A DNA stretch of 39,385 bases from assembly GCA_030695725.1 (NCBI GenBank), contig JAUYPN010000032.1, positions 1-39,385 on the forward strand, read 5' to 3'. The first letter of the stretch is position 1, and every line of letters starts with the position of its first letter. The notes below the pieces were generated by a model that had not been told where the DNA came from, ran no database searches, and saw nothing but the letters and a program-made list of their open reading frames with translations. This DNA comes from Candidatus Omnitrophota bacterium. GTDB taxonomy: Bacteria; Omnitrophota; Gorgyraeia; 2-01-FULL-45-10. A program made the translations under genes and the position numbers. Of the stretch, positions 27,447 through 33,885 are shown piece after piece.

Positions 27447-27500
27447 CTGTCAATTTCTCCTTATGTAATGCCAAGCATTCTACCGCATATTATGGCTGTG

Positions 27501-27564
27501 CCATGTACCCGAACCCCGCTGCTTTCTTGCGAAAGCAAGAAGCGGGGTGAGTGGTACATGGTGC
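27501..27564. repeat. copy A of a 64-nt identical repeat; 61-nt bipartite hairpin overlapping the CCA end of tRNA-Lys
   Basis: CCATGTACC CGAAC CCCCGCT GCTT TCTTGC GAAA GCAAGA AGCGGGG TGAGT GGTACATGG (+TGC). Identical over 64 nt to 28160-28223. Confidence 0.9.
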
Positions 27565-27634
27565 CCGCACCAAGAATCGAACTTGGAACCTTGACATTAA
27601 GAGTGTCCTGCTCTGCCAATTGAGCTATGCGGGC
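27559..27634 (-). tRNA. tRNA-Lys (anticodon CUU), CCA encoded
   Basis: Hand-folded cloverleaf of 76 nt: GCCCGCA-TA-GCTC-AATTGGCA-GAGC-A-GGACA-CTCTTAA-TGTCA-AGGTT-CCAAG-TTCGATT-CTTGG-TGCGGGC-A-CCA. Confidence 0.9.
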
Positions 27635-27636
27635 AT

Positions 27637-27711
27637 TGGAGCGGCGGATGGGGTTCGAACCCACGACATCGACCTTGGCAAGGTCGCATTCTACCACTGA
27701 ATTACCGCCGC
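27637..27711 (-). tRNA. tRNA-Gly (anticodon GCC), CCA encoded
   Basis: Hand-folded, 75 nt: GCGGCGG-TA-ATTC-AGTGGTA-GAAT-G-CGACC-TTGCCAA-GGTCG-ATGTC-GTGGG-TTCGAAC-CCCAT-CCGCCGC-T-CCA. Confidence 0.9.
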
Positions 27712-27717
27712 TGGTCA

Positions 27718-27758
27718 TAAAAAGCTCACTGCGACCAACTATAAATAGACGCAGTAAG
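27718..27758 (-). terminator. terminator-like hairpin 7 nt upstream of tRNA-Gly
   Basis: Minus strand: CTTACTGCG (27750-27758) pairs with CGCAGTGAG (27725-27733). 9 bp including one G-U, 16-nt loop, followed by CTTTTTAT. Confidence 0.4.
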
Positions 27759-27913
27759 TCTTGTTCGCTTTTTATTCCTCATAGGGGGAACCCAAGGTTC
27801 CCCCTGATGACGCTCGGCCTTACAGGCCTCGCTGTCACCCCTTCCTATAGCCACGCATTAGCCATTGTTTCAAGAAATAGCCTTGTGTGTCTATATGCTA
27901 TAGAGGTACGAAA
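27719..27913 (-). ncRNA. candidate ~190-nt non-coding RNA of unknown class
   Basis: Bounded by the promoter at 27920-27948 and the hairpin/U-tract at 27718-27758, with no credible ORF. It contains a perfect 9-bp hairpin GGGGGAACC-TTG-GGTTCCCCC (27783-27805). A second hairpin, GAC-A-GC-GA-GGCC/GGCC-GA-GC-GTC, has tandem G-A pairs (27809-27838). End coordinates are estimates. Confidence 0.3.
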
Positions 27914-27919
27914 GTGATG

Positions 27920-27948
27920 ATTATATCAAAGGACGCCGGGGAAATCAA
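27920..27948 (-). promoter_or_regulatory. near-consensus sigma70 promoter TTGATT-17-(TGa)TATAAT
   Basis: Minus strand TTGATT (27943-27948), 17-nt spacer ending in TG-n, TATAAT (27920-27925). Confidence 0.6.
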
Positions 27949-27974
27949 TGAGAAACACGCTGATGCCTGATGCC

Positions 27975-28136
27975 CTACAGCTGCTTTTCGTTTATCTTTA
28001 TGAGGCACTGCTTCATCTCTTTGAGCTCTTTAAGCAGGTCTTTCTCAACGATCGCCATATCTTTCATAAATCTCTGCAGTATTACAACGCTCGCGAGGAT
28101 CAAAACGACTATTATCCCCAAGACTACGATCATCAT
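27975..28136 (-). CDS. 53-aa single-TM plus coiled-coil-like protein, unknown function
   Basis: ATG-ATG at 28136/28133 lies 5 nt after AGGAGG. Product: MMIVVLGIIVVLILASVVILQRFMKDMAIVEKDLLKELKEMKQCLIKINEKQL. The N-terminal part of track ORF 27975..28259 runs through the repeat and tRNA-Leu and is rejected. Confidence 0.45.
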   Translation of the reverse strand: MMIVVLGIIVVLILASVVILQRFMKDMAIVEKDLLKELKEMKQCLIKINEKQL

Positions 28137-28159
28137 ACGCCTCCTGTAAAAATGGCCCG

Positions 28160-28223
28160 CCATGTACCCGAACCCCGCTGCTTTCTTGCGAAAGCAAGAA
28201 GCGGGGTGAGTGGTACATGGTGC
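28160..28223. repeat. copy B of the 64-nt identical repeat; hairpin overlapping the CCA end of tRNA-Leu
   Basis: Identical to 27501-27564. The hairpin proper spans 28160-28220. Confidence 0.9.
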
Positions 28224-28302
28224 GGACGGGGGGATTTGAACCCTCAAGCCTTTCGGCATACGGTCCTAAGCCGTAAACGTTTGCCAGTTTCGTCACGTCC
28301 GC
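28218..28302 (-). tRNA. tRNA-Leu (anticodon UAG), class II with long variable arm, CCA encoded
   Basis: Hand-folded, 85 nt: GCGGACG-TG-ACG-AAACTGGCAAA-CGT-T-TACGG-CTTAGGA-CCGTA-TGCCGAAAGGCTT-GAGGG-TTCAAAT-CCCCC-CGTCCGC-A-CCA. Confidence 0.85.
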
Positions 28303-28350
28303 ACGAATGATATTTAATGCTCCCTTTGTCCCTCGCCTAAACATATGTAC

Positions 28351-28415
28351 TACCCCCTTGATTTTAAATTTGCCACTCATAAATTACATCAAATTTCAAA
28401 TCAAAGCAGGGGGTA
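28351..28415. repeat. bipartite hairpin in the tRNA-Arg/tRNA-Leu spacer; diverged, oppositely oriented relative of the 64-nt element
   Basis: TACCCCCT (28351-28358) pairs with AGGGGGTA (28408-28415). TGATTT (28359-28364) pairs with AAATCA (28398-28403). A 4-nt AAGC bulge sits at 28404-28407. The string AAGCAGGGGG mirrors AAGCAGCGGGG of the 64-nt element read on the opposite strand. Confidence 0.4.
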
Positions 28416-28451
28416 CAAATTTTGCTACTACCTTTCAACAGCAAAATTTAG

Positions 28452-28528
28452 TGGCGCGCCTGGGGTGAATCGAACACCCAACCTACTGGTTCGAAGCCAG
28501 CCACTCTATCCAATTGAGCTACAGGCGC
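28452..28528 (-). tRNA. tRNA-Arg (anticodon UCG), CCA encoded
   Basis: Hand-folded, 77 nt: GCGCCTG-TA-GCTC-AATTGGATA-GAGT-G-GCTGG-CTTCGAA-CCAGT-AGGTT-GGGTG-TTCGATT-CACCC-CAGGCGC-G-CCA. Confidence 0.9.
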
Positions 28529-28593
28529 GTATATTTTTCGCCGCTTCCTTAATGCTCAATTGGATGCCTACTGCGTGTCTATAACACGGCGGG

Positions 28594-28616
28594 CTATCCA
28601 ATTGAGCTACAGGCGC
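28594..28616 (-). repeat. 23-nt exact duplicate of the 5' end (acceptor + D arm) of tRNA-Arg
   Basis: CTATCCAATTGAGCTACAGGCGC at 28594-28616 equals 28506-28528. The intervening 65 nt also contains GCTCAATTGGAT (D-arm-like) but no foldable cloverleaf. Confidence 0.8.
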
Positions 28617-28744
28617 TTAAAAAAATTATTTATAATTTTTTTAACTGATCTTTTCCTATCTCTCGTATTAGTCACCATCTCAAGCAATAGGCTTAGGGGT
28701 ATTAATACATATTCTCGGCAGGACCTATGATACTACAAAACTCT

Positions 28745-30982
28745 CTATTCTTCAACACGTAGATTTATGAACAATAATACCAGCGCTGACAGGTTGATAA
28801 GCGCAATGGCGAAGCATGTTTTTGGTATTCCCAGTATCGGAATCAAGAATATGCCCGTTAAGAGCGCTCCTAAAAATGAGCCGAAGAGGTCTATACCGTA
28901 ACTCAATCCGCCCACCCTGCCCGCATCCTTCTTTTGACCGAGCAATACCCTGCTGGCGAGAGCGAATTGGGCGCCGCCTATCGATCCGGCTATTACGGAT
29001 AAGACCGGAAATAAGGGATCCGGACAAAATCTTGAGAATACCGCGCCCAATAGTACGGAGAAAATTATGAAATCACCCTGCACCGCCATAAGAAATATCC
29101 TGTCGCGTTTCGTTTCAGGTATAAATTTTATGACAAAGACAGCGCCCAGGGCCAGGCCCGCCATAAAAGCGGTGAGGATAATGCCCAATTTATAGAAGAG
29201 GTACCCGTACATCGTCTGAAATGTGAGCAGTATGAGCAGCTGGAAAGCCATAGAGCTAAAGCCGCCGGTCATCACCGCCATAAGCGAGGATCTCTTAAAA
29301 GACCACCTGCGCGTTATGGAGATAACCGCGAGCAGGATCATAAAGATGCCTATGAAGCGCCATATTACAGATTCGGTGACCGATCTTAAGATATTTGAAA
29401 ATACGGAATTCCTGAATAGCGTCGTCCAGAATATGAGCCCGTAATAATACGCGACGGGCCTCGAATCATGATTTATTACCGCGCCGTTGCCGCCCTTTAT
29501 GATCTTTTCGGAATAAGCTATTTCTTCCGGGGAAAGCTTTGAGAAGAGGTAATAATCCCGCACATACTGCGTATCGAGCGCTCTGGCGAGAGTCCTCTCT
29601 TCTAATATTTTATGATCATAAGTTAGACTGCCGATCGAATCCGACGCCAGGAAGTACGCGGTTTCACCCGGTATCACGATCACTTCGCTGAATACAGATC
29701 TTAAAGTAGCGTAGATGGATCTTAAAAATTCCGCCAGGGACTTGCTTATATAGCTCTCGCTTGATGTAAGCCCGAAAGATACGAGGCCGCTTTCCTTAAG
29801 CGCCTTCTTGACCTCATTGAAAAATTCTGACGTGTAATATCTATTAACCTCTGCCGTATAGGGATCGCCGGTGTGAATTATGATACAATCGTATAATTCT
29901 ATTGCGTTTTTGACAAAAAATCTTCCGTCCGTGTTTTTTATCGAGACTCTGGTGTCTTTGAGCGCTTTATAATAACTTTCGGGCAGATTATTTTCCGATA
30001 TCTTTATTATGGACGGGTCGAGCTCAACATAGTCCACTTTCTCGACGCGGTGTTTCAGTATCTCTCCCACCAGTCCGCCGGAGCCTCCGCCTATTAAAAG
30101 CACTCTCCTTGGATCCTTATGTTCCAACAGCGCCAGATGTACGGCCTCTTCCGAGTTCGGCTTATCCGGTATCGTGTAAAGACGAAGCCCATTATTGAAT
30201 AAGGAATAATCTTCCCCTCTCCTGGCTATCAGGATATTCCCATATATCGAATTTTTGGTGTCCAGGATCTCGTAGCCCTGCCACTGCTTCTGAAGCGAGT
30301 AACGTTCTATCGCTTTCAAGCCGCCGAAAGACCACAGCGCAATGATTACAACTGAAAGAAATAAACCGGTTGCTTTAAAAATTTTGTCATTGCGAGCAAT
30401 GACGGACCTCAATAAAAACGCGGCCATGATATTTAACAGCGCAAGTATGGCTGCGATATGGAGCGCATCGAATGATCTGATAAGTATAAAACTTGTGACG
30501 GTACCGCCTATTATCGAACCTATGGCCTCGAGAATATAGACGGTTCCTATTCCCCGCGCGCCGTCACTTTGCCGGGAAGCATATATACTGCAGCCAAGCG
30601 GGAAGATAAAACCCATCAATACACAGATAGGCGCCAGAATCGCAAAGCTCGCGGCCATTATCGGAAATAGCCCTACGATCTCTCCGGGGTTGACCCCGAG
30701 GAAGACCTTAATGAATTTTACCGCCGCGATCCCCGCTATAAGCAGTGATCCTAAAGTCATCTGACATAGAGAAAAGGCCTCTGCATTCGGCCTTATCCTG
30801 TCCGCGTACTTTCCGAATACGGCGCTGCCCAAGGCCCCGCTGATGAGCCAGCCGGCAAGTATGAAACTTATCGATAGCTCATTCCCGTAAAATACGACCA
30901 AGAGCTCCCGCATATAAACTATCTGCGAGGCCATCGCCGTGGCGCCTGCCAGGATTATCGATAACGATATAATTTTTTTCAT
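28745..30982 (-). CDS. membrane-embedded spermidine-synthase-like (aminopropyltransferase fold) fusion protein
   Basis: ATG at 30982 overlaps the upstream stop (ATGA). An N-terminal block of about 7-8 TM helices is followed by a central SpeE-like domain (VLLIGGGSGGLVGEILKH..VEKVDYVELDP...IIHTGDP) and a C-terminal block of about 5-6 TM helices. Confidence 0.8.
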   Translation of the reverse strand: MKKIISLSIILAGATAMASQIVYMRELLVVFYGNELSISFILAGWLISGALGSAVFGKYADRIRPNAEAFSLCQMTLGSLLIAGIAAVKFIKVFLGVNPGEIVGLFPIMAASFAILAPICVLMGFIFPLGCSIYASRQSDGARGIGTVYILEAIGSIIGGTVTSFILIRSFDALHIAAILALLNIMAAFLLRSVIARNDKIFKATGLFLSVVIIALWSFGGLKAIERYSLQKQWQGYEILDTKNSIYGNILIARRGEDYSLFNNGLRLYTIPDKPNSEEAVHLALLEHKDPRRVLLIGGGSGGLVGEILKHRVEKVDYVELDPSIIKISENNLPESYYKALKDTRVSIKNTDGRFFVKNAIELYDCIIIHTGDPYTAEVNRYYTSEFFNEVKKALKESGLVSFGLTSSESYISKSLAEFLRSIYATLRSVFSEVIVIPGETAYFLASDSIGSLTYDHKILEERTLARALDTQYVRDYYLFSKLSPEEIAYSEKIIKGGNGAVINHDSRPVAYYYGLIFWTTLFRNSVFSNILRSVTESVIWRFIGIFMILLAVISITRRWSFKRSSLMAVMTGGFSSMAFQLLILLTFQTMYGYLFYKLGIILTAFMAGLALGAVFVIKFIPETKRDRIFLMAVQGDFIIFSVLLGAVFSRFCPDPLFPVLSVIAGSIGGAQFALASRVLLGQKKDAGRVGGLSYGIDLFGSFLGALLTGIFLIPILGIPKTCFAIALINLSALVLLFINLRVEE

Positions 30983-31641
30983 ATTCTTTTTAATATCAGT
31001 CCCAGCCCCAGCATCAACAATAATAACGCGCACATTGTCTTAAATATGACAGTAGCGGTCTTTGACCTTACAAGCGCGGCGGGAATGCGCGTCAAAAGCC
31101 CTGTGATCACGCCGATGGTGATCAGTCCCGATAGAAACGTCCCCAGTCCGAAGAAGAACGCATAGAGAGCGCCGTCGAGAAGGCCTTTTGACATAAGGGC
31201 TATGTCGAAGAGAAGCGCCAGAAGCGGAGCGCACGGACTTATGCCTATCAGAAAACCGAAAGCGAACATTCCGCCGAAATTGAGCATTTTACTTCGGGCG
31301 GTCGGACAAGCGCAGTTACCGCTATTTTTGCCCGTAAATAAGATAATCGCGAAGAGGATAGTCACCGCCCCGGCAAGCGGCTCGAGATATGATGAAAAAT
31401 GGAGGTCGGTGAATTTTTTTAAAACAGCGCCGGAGAGCCCGGCCAACACCCCCAACAATACATAAGCAAGCAGTCTGCCGGAAAGAAACGTGAATACATC
31501 TCTGAATATCGCCGTCGGACCTTTCCCGCTTCCGACTATATAAGTGACGAGGACAGGCGCGCAGATCAAAAGACACGGCCCGGCGAGGCCGAAACTGAAG
31601 CCAATCCCGAAGATCTGCAGATAAGTTACTAAGGTGCCCAT
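30979..31641 (-). CDS. CcdA/DsbD_2-like thiol-disulfide membrane protein
   Basis: Six hydrophobic helices, with Cys in P-C contexts (GLAGPCLLICAPVL and GISPCAPLL) as in CcdA/DsbD cores. ATG at 31641 is preferred over the track's TTG at 31665. Confidence 0.55.
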   Translation of the reverse strand: MGTLVTYLQIFGIGFSFGLAGPCLLICAPVLVTYIVGSGKGPTAIFRDVFTFLSGRLLAYVLLGVLAGLSGAVLKKFTDLHFSSYLEPLAGAVTILFAIILFTGKNSGNCACPTARSKMLNFGGMFAFGFLIGISPCAPLLALLFDIALMSKGLLDGALYAFFFGLGTFLSGLITIGVITGLLTRIPAALVRSKTATVIFKTMCALLLLMLGLGLILKRI

Positions 31642-32741
31642 ATGCCTGATATCGACCTGCCGCAAAACTTACATCTCTTGTCCTTGATATTGTTCTCTGT
31701 TATGCGGTAGCCGATCCTGCCGACTATAAGTTTTTTACACTGGGGGCAATATGTGTTTTCACCGGCATGGCCGGGAACGTTCCCTATGTAGACATAATCG
31801 AGCCCGGCATCTTTGGCTATTTTGTAAGCTTCTTCCAATTTCGAAACGGGTGTGGGCGGCAGGTTCTGAAGCCGAAAAGAAGGCATGAAGCGCGAAAAAT
31901 GCACCGGCGTATCGGCTCCCAGATTATCCCTTATCCACTCGCACATCGATCTTATCTCTTTAGGATCGTCGTTCAACCCGGGTATTATCAGATTTGTGAT
32001 CTCCAGCCACACCCCTTCTTTTTTTACGGTCTTAAGCGTATTTAATACCGGTTCGAGGGACGCGAAAGCCCCCATCTTCTGATAAAATTTTTCATTGAAA
32101 CCTTTCAGGTCGACATTGACGGCATCCATATACTTTAGCAGCTCTTTAAGCGGTTCCTGATTGATGTAGCCGCAGGTGTGCATGCCGTTCTTCAGTCCTT
32201 TAGACCTTGCAAGTTTCGAGATGTCGAGCATGTATTCATAAAATACGGTGGGCTCAGTGTAGGTGTACACTATGAACGGGCAGTCGTTCTTTATCGCTTC
32301 GGATACAACCATCTCCGGAGGCATGTCATATACGGTAACCTCATCGGGTCTGGCCTGGGAGATCTGCCAGTTCTGGCAGAAGAGACAGCGCATGTTGCAG
32401 CCCGCCACCGCTATGGAGAACGCGCTTGTACCCGGCAGGACATTAAAGAACGGTTTCTTCTCTATGGGGTCGATATGGACCGCGACCGGGTTGCCGTAGC
32501 CGAGAGTGTAGAGAACTCCGTCTTTATTCACCCGAACGGTGCACAGGCCTCTCTGGCCGTTATCTATAACGCATTTACGCGGGCACAGGACGCACTGAAT
32601 AATCTTGTCTTTAATCTTATTCCAGAAACTGGCGACTCTCGGGACCGGTTTGTCAGCGTAGGAAAAATGCGCTGGAAGAATAGATATAAGAAACAAGATT
32701 GTGGCGACTGATATGAGTTTACGCATAATGAGTAGCCTCAC
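31629..32741 (-). CDS. AmmeMemoRadiSam-system-type radical SAM enzyme (PflA-like) with extra N-terminal signal-anchor
   Basis: CVLCPRKCVIDNGQRGLCTVRVNKDGVLYTLGYGNPVAVHIDPIEKKPFFNVLPGTSAFSIAVAGCNMRCLFCQNWQISQ matches the family's N-terminal Cys motif plus CxxxCxxC. A hydrophobic segment MRKLISVATILFLISILPAHFSYA precedes it. An alternative ATG start lies at 32726. Confidence 0.8.
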   Translation of the reverse strand: MRLLIMRKLISVATILFLISILPAHFSYADKPVPRVASFWNKIKDKIIQCVLCPRKCVIDNGQRGLCTVRVNKDGVLYTLGYGNPVAVHIDPIEKKPFFNVLPGTSAFSIAVAGCNMRCLFCQNWQISQARPDEVTVYDMPPEMVVSEAIKNDCPFIVYTYTEPTVFYEYMLDISKLARSKGLKNGMHTCGYINQEPLKELLKYMDAVNVDLKGFNEKFYQKMGAFASLEPVLNTLKTVKKEGVWLEITNLIIPGLNDDPKEIRSMCEWIRDNLGADTPVHFSRFMPSFRLQNLPPTPVSKLEEAYKIAKDAGLDYVYIGNVPGHAGENTYCPQCKKLIVGRIGYRITENNIKDKRCKFCGRSISGIWAP

Positions 32742-32756
32742 CTGCGAAGCGGGTTT

Positions 32757-33779
32757 TTACCCACCTCGCAGGCGGGATTCCTGTCCTATGTTGAACTCTC
32801 TGCCTTCCAGATCTTTAAAAGCGTGCCCTTCGGAATCGCAGGGGTTGCAGAAGCCGTAATCATGGCACAGGAAGAAATCCTGCGGCATGACTATACGAAG
32901 ATCTTTATCCATCCCTCGACGCACTTCGTTTGCTCGGGATGGACCCTGAGCTTTTGTCGAAGGGTCCAATATATTGCCGAACTTTTCTTTGTGGCCCGTA
33001 TAAAGCTTATAGTGGCAGTTATATATATCTCCGTTCGGGGCGAAGAGGACTTTCTTCATGCGGCAATAGATATCTTTTTTCCCGGACTGGTTGAATCCCT
33101 CGCGATACGCTTCATAATTTCTTATGCCGTCTTCCTGCTCGCATACGACATCATAGGCGTCTTCCACCGGATACAGATCGTCTTCATGCCGTCCGAAAAA
33201 TCTCTGAAGCTTTACTATCTTGTGTATTTTCAACAATCTATTTTTATACTCCTCTATCTCTTTCATGTGCGCCGGATGCGCGACAAGAAATATGCTATGG
33301 ACAAAAAAACCCGCCTTTTTCATCTTCTTCACATTTTCGATGAATTTATCTATATCCGCGTACATAAAATGATACGAGGCGTTGAATTTAATACTACGTC
33401 TTCTTTTGATCTGCTTTAAGAATTTTACATCCCTGTTGAAAAATGGCGAGGTGAAGTTCGAGGTAACGGTTATCTTCCAATCCTTGTCGAGGTTATTGAG
33501 GATATACATAAAGTCAGGATGCAATGATGGCTCGCCGCCAGTGATCGATATCTTTTTTCTCTTTGGGTACCTTAGGAATCTTTTTTTGGTCCTTCCCGTG
33601 ATACTATTGAGGGACTCGACCCACTCTTTGCCGGAAATAAGCGGGTAATGCGCGATCGGCTGATTGGGAAGCGTTATCTTCTGCACGCAGTATTCGCACG
33701 GCAGGCTGCAGCTTAAATTGAGAAAGGCCCCGAAGTAATAATCGAACGGCGCCTCGATCACCCAGGTGTATTCAGGCAT
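32757..33779 (-). CDS. radical SAM enzyme with C-terminal SPASM/twitch-like Cys motifs
   Basis: CSLPCEYC (CxxxCxxC), ISITGGEPSLHPDF (GGE SAM motif), C-x10-G-x4-C (CRMKKVLFAPNGDIYNC), and C-x5-C-x2-C (CHDYGFCNPC). Confidence 0.8.
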   Translation of the reverse strand: MPEYTWVIEAPFDYYFGAFLNLSCSLPCEYCVQKITLPNQPIAHYPLISGKEWVESLNSITGRTKKRFLRYPKRKKISITGGEPSLHPDFMYILNNLDKDWKITVTSNFTSPFFNRDVKFLKQIKRRRSIKFNASYHFMYADIDKFIENVKKMKKAGFFVHSIFLVAHPAHMKEIEEYKNRLLKIHKIVKLQRFFGRHEDDLYPVEDAYDVVCEQEDGIRNYEAYREGFNQSGKKDIYCRMKKVLFAPNGDIYNCHYKLYTGHKEKFGNILDPSTKAQGPSRANEVRRGMDKDLRIVMPQDFFLCHDYGFCNPCDSEGHAFKDLEGREFNIGQESRLRGG

Positions 33780-33786
33780 GCATGGT

Positions 33787-33815
33787 ATTATAGGCCGGGC
33801 GGAGCGTTATATCAA
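33787..33815 (-). promoter_or_regulatory. promoter TTGATA-17-TATAAT ending 7 nt before the radical-SAM start codon (leaderless configuration)
   Basis: Minus strand TTGATA (33810-33815), 17-nt spacer, TATAAT (33787-33792), then ACCATGC and ATG (33779). No Shine-Dalgarno sequence is possible. Confidence 0.55.
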
Positions 33816-33848
33816 GAATTTTTGGCTTGACAGTTTGGATTAAAAGTA

Positions 33849-33876
33849 TGGACTTATATTTTGATTTTGCTATAAT
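33849..33876 (+). promoter_or_regulatory. promoter TGGACT-16-TATAAT ending 9 nt before the dedA-like ATG
   Basis: TGGACT (33849-33854), 16-nt spacer, TATAAT (33871-33876), ATG at 33886. Confidence 0.4.
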
Positions 33877-33885
33877 GTGTCCCTT

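Noticed and set aside
27783-27838. Possible SRP (4.5S) RNA helix-8 or a terminator at the GGGGGAACC/GGTTCCCCC hairpin
   Set aside because: It lacks the GGAA tetraloop and the conserved AGCA / G-G-A-A loop motifs of SRP RNA. No U-tract follows the hairpin on either strand. The region is kept only as part of an unclassified ncRNA candidate.
27461-28380. ORFs 27461..27718 and 28045..28380 sharing the peptide TMYHSPRFLLSQESSGVRVHG
   Set aside because: They read straight through tRNA genes and the 64-nt repeat. The shared peptide is just the repeat translated.
27501-28616. CRISPR array or integron-like structure suggested by the repeated hairpins
   Set aside because: There are only two identical copies, about 660 bp apart, separated by genes (tRNAs, a small ORF). 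There is no regular repeat-spacer periodicity and no cas or integrase gene.
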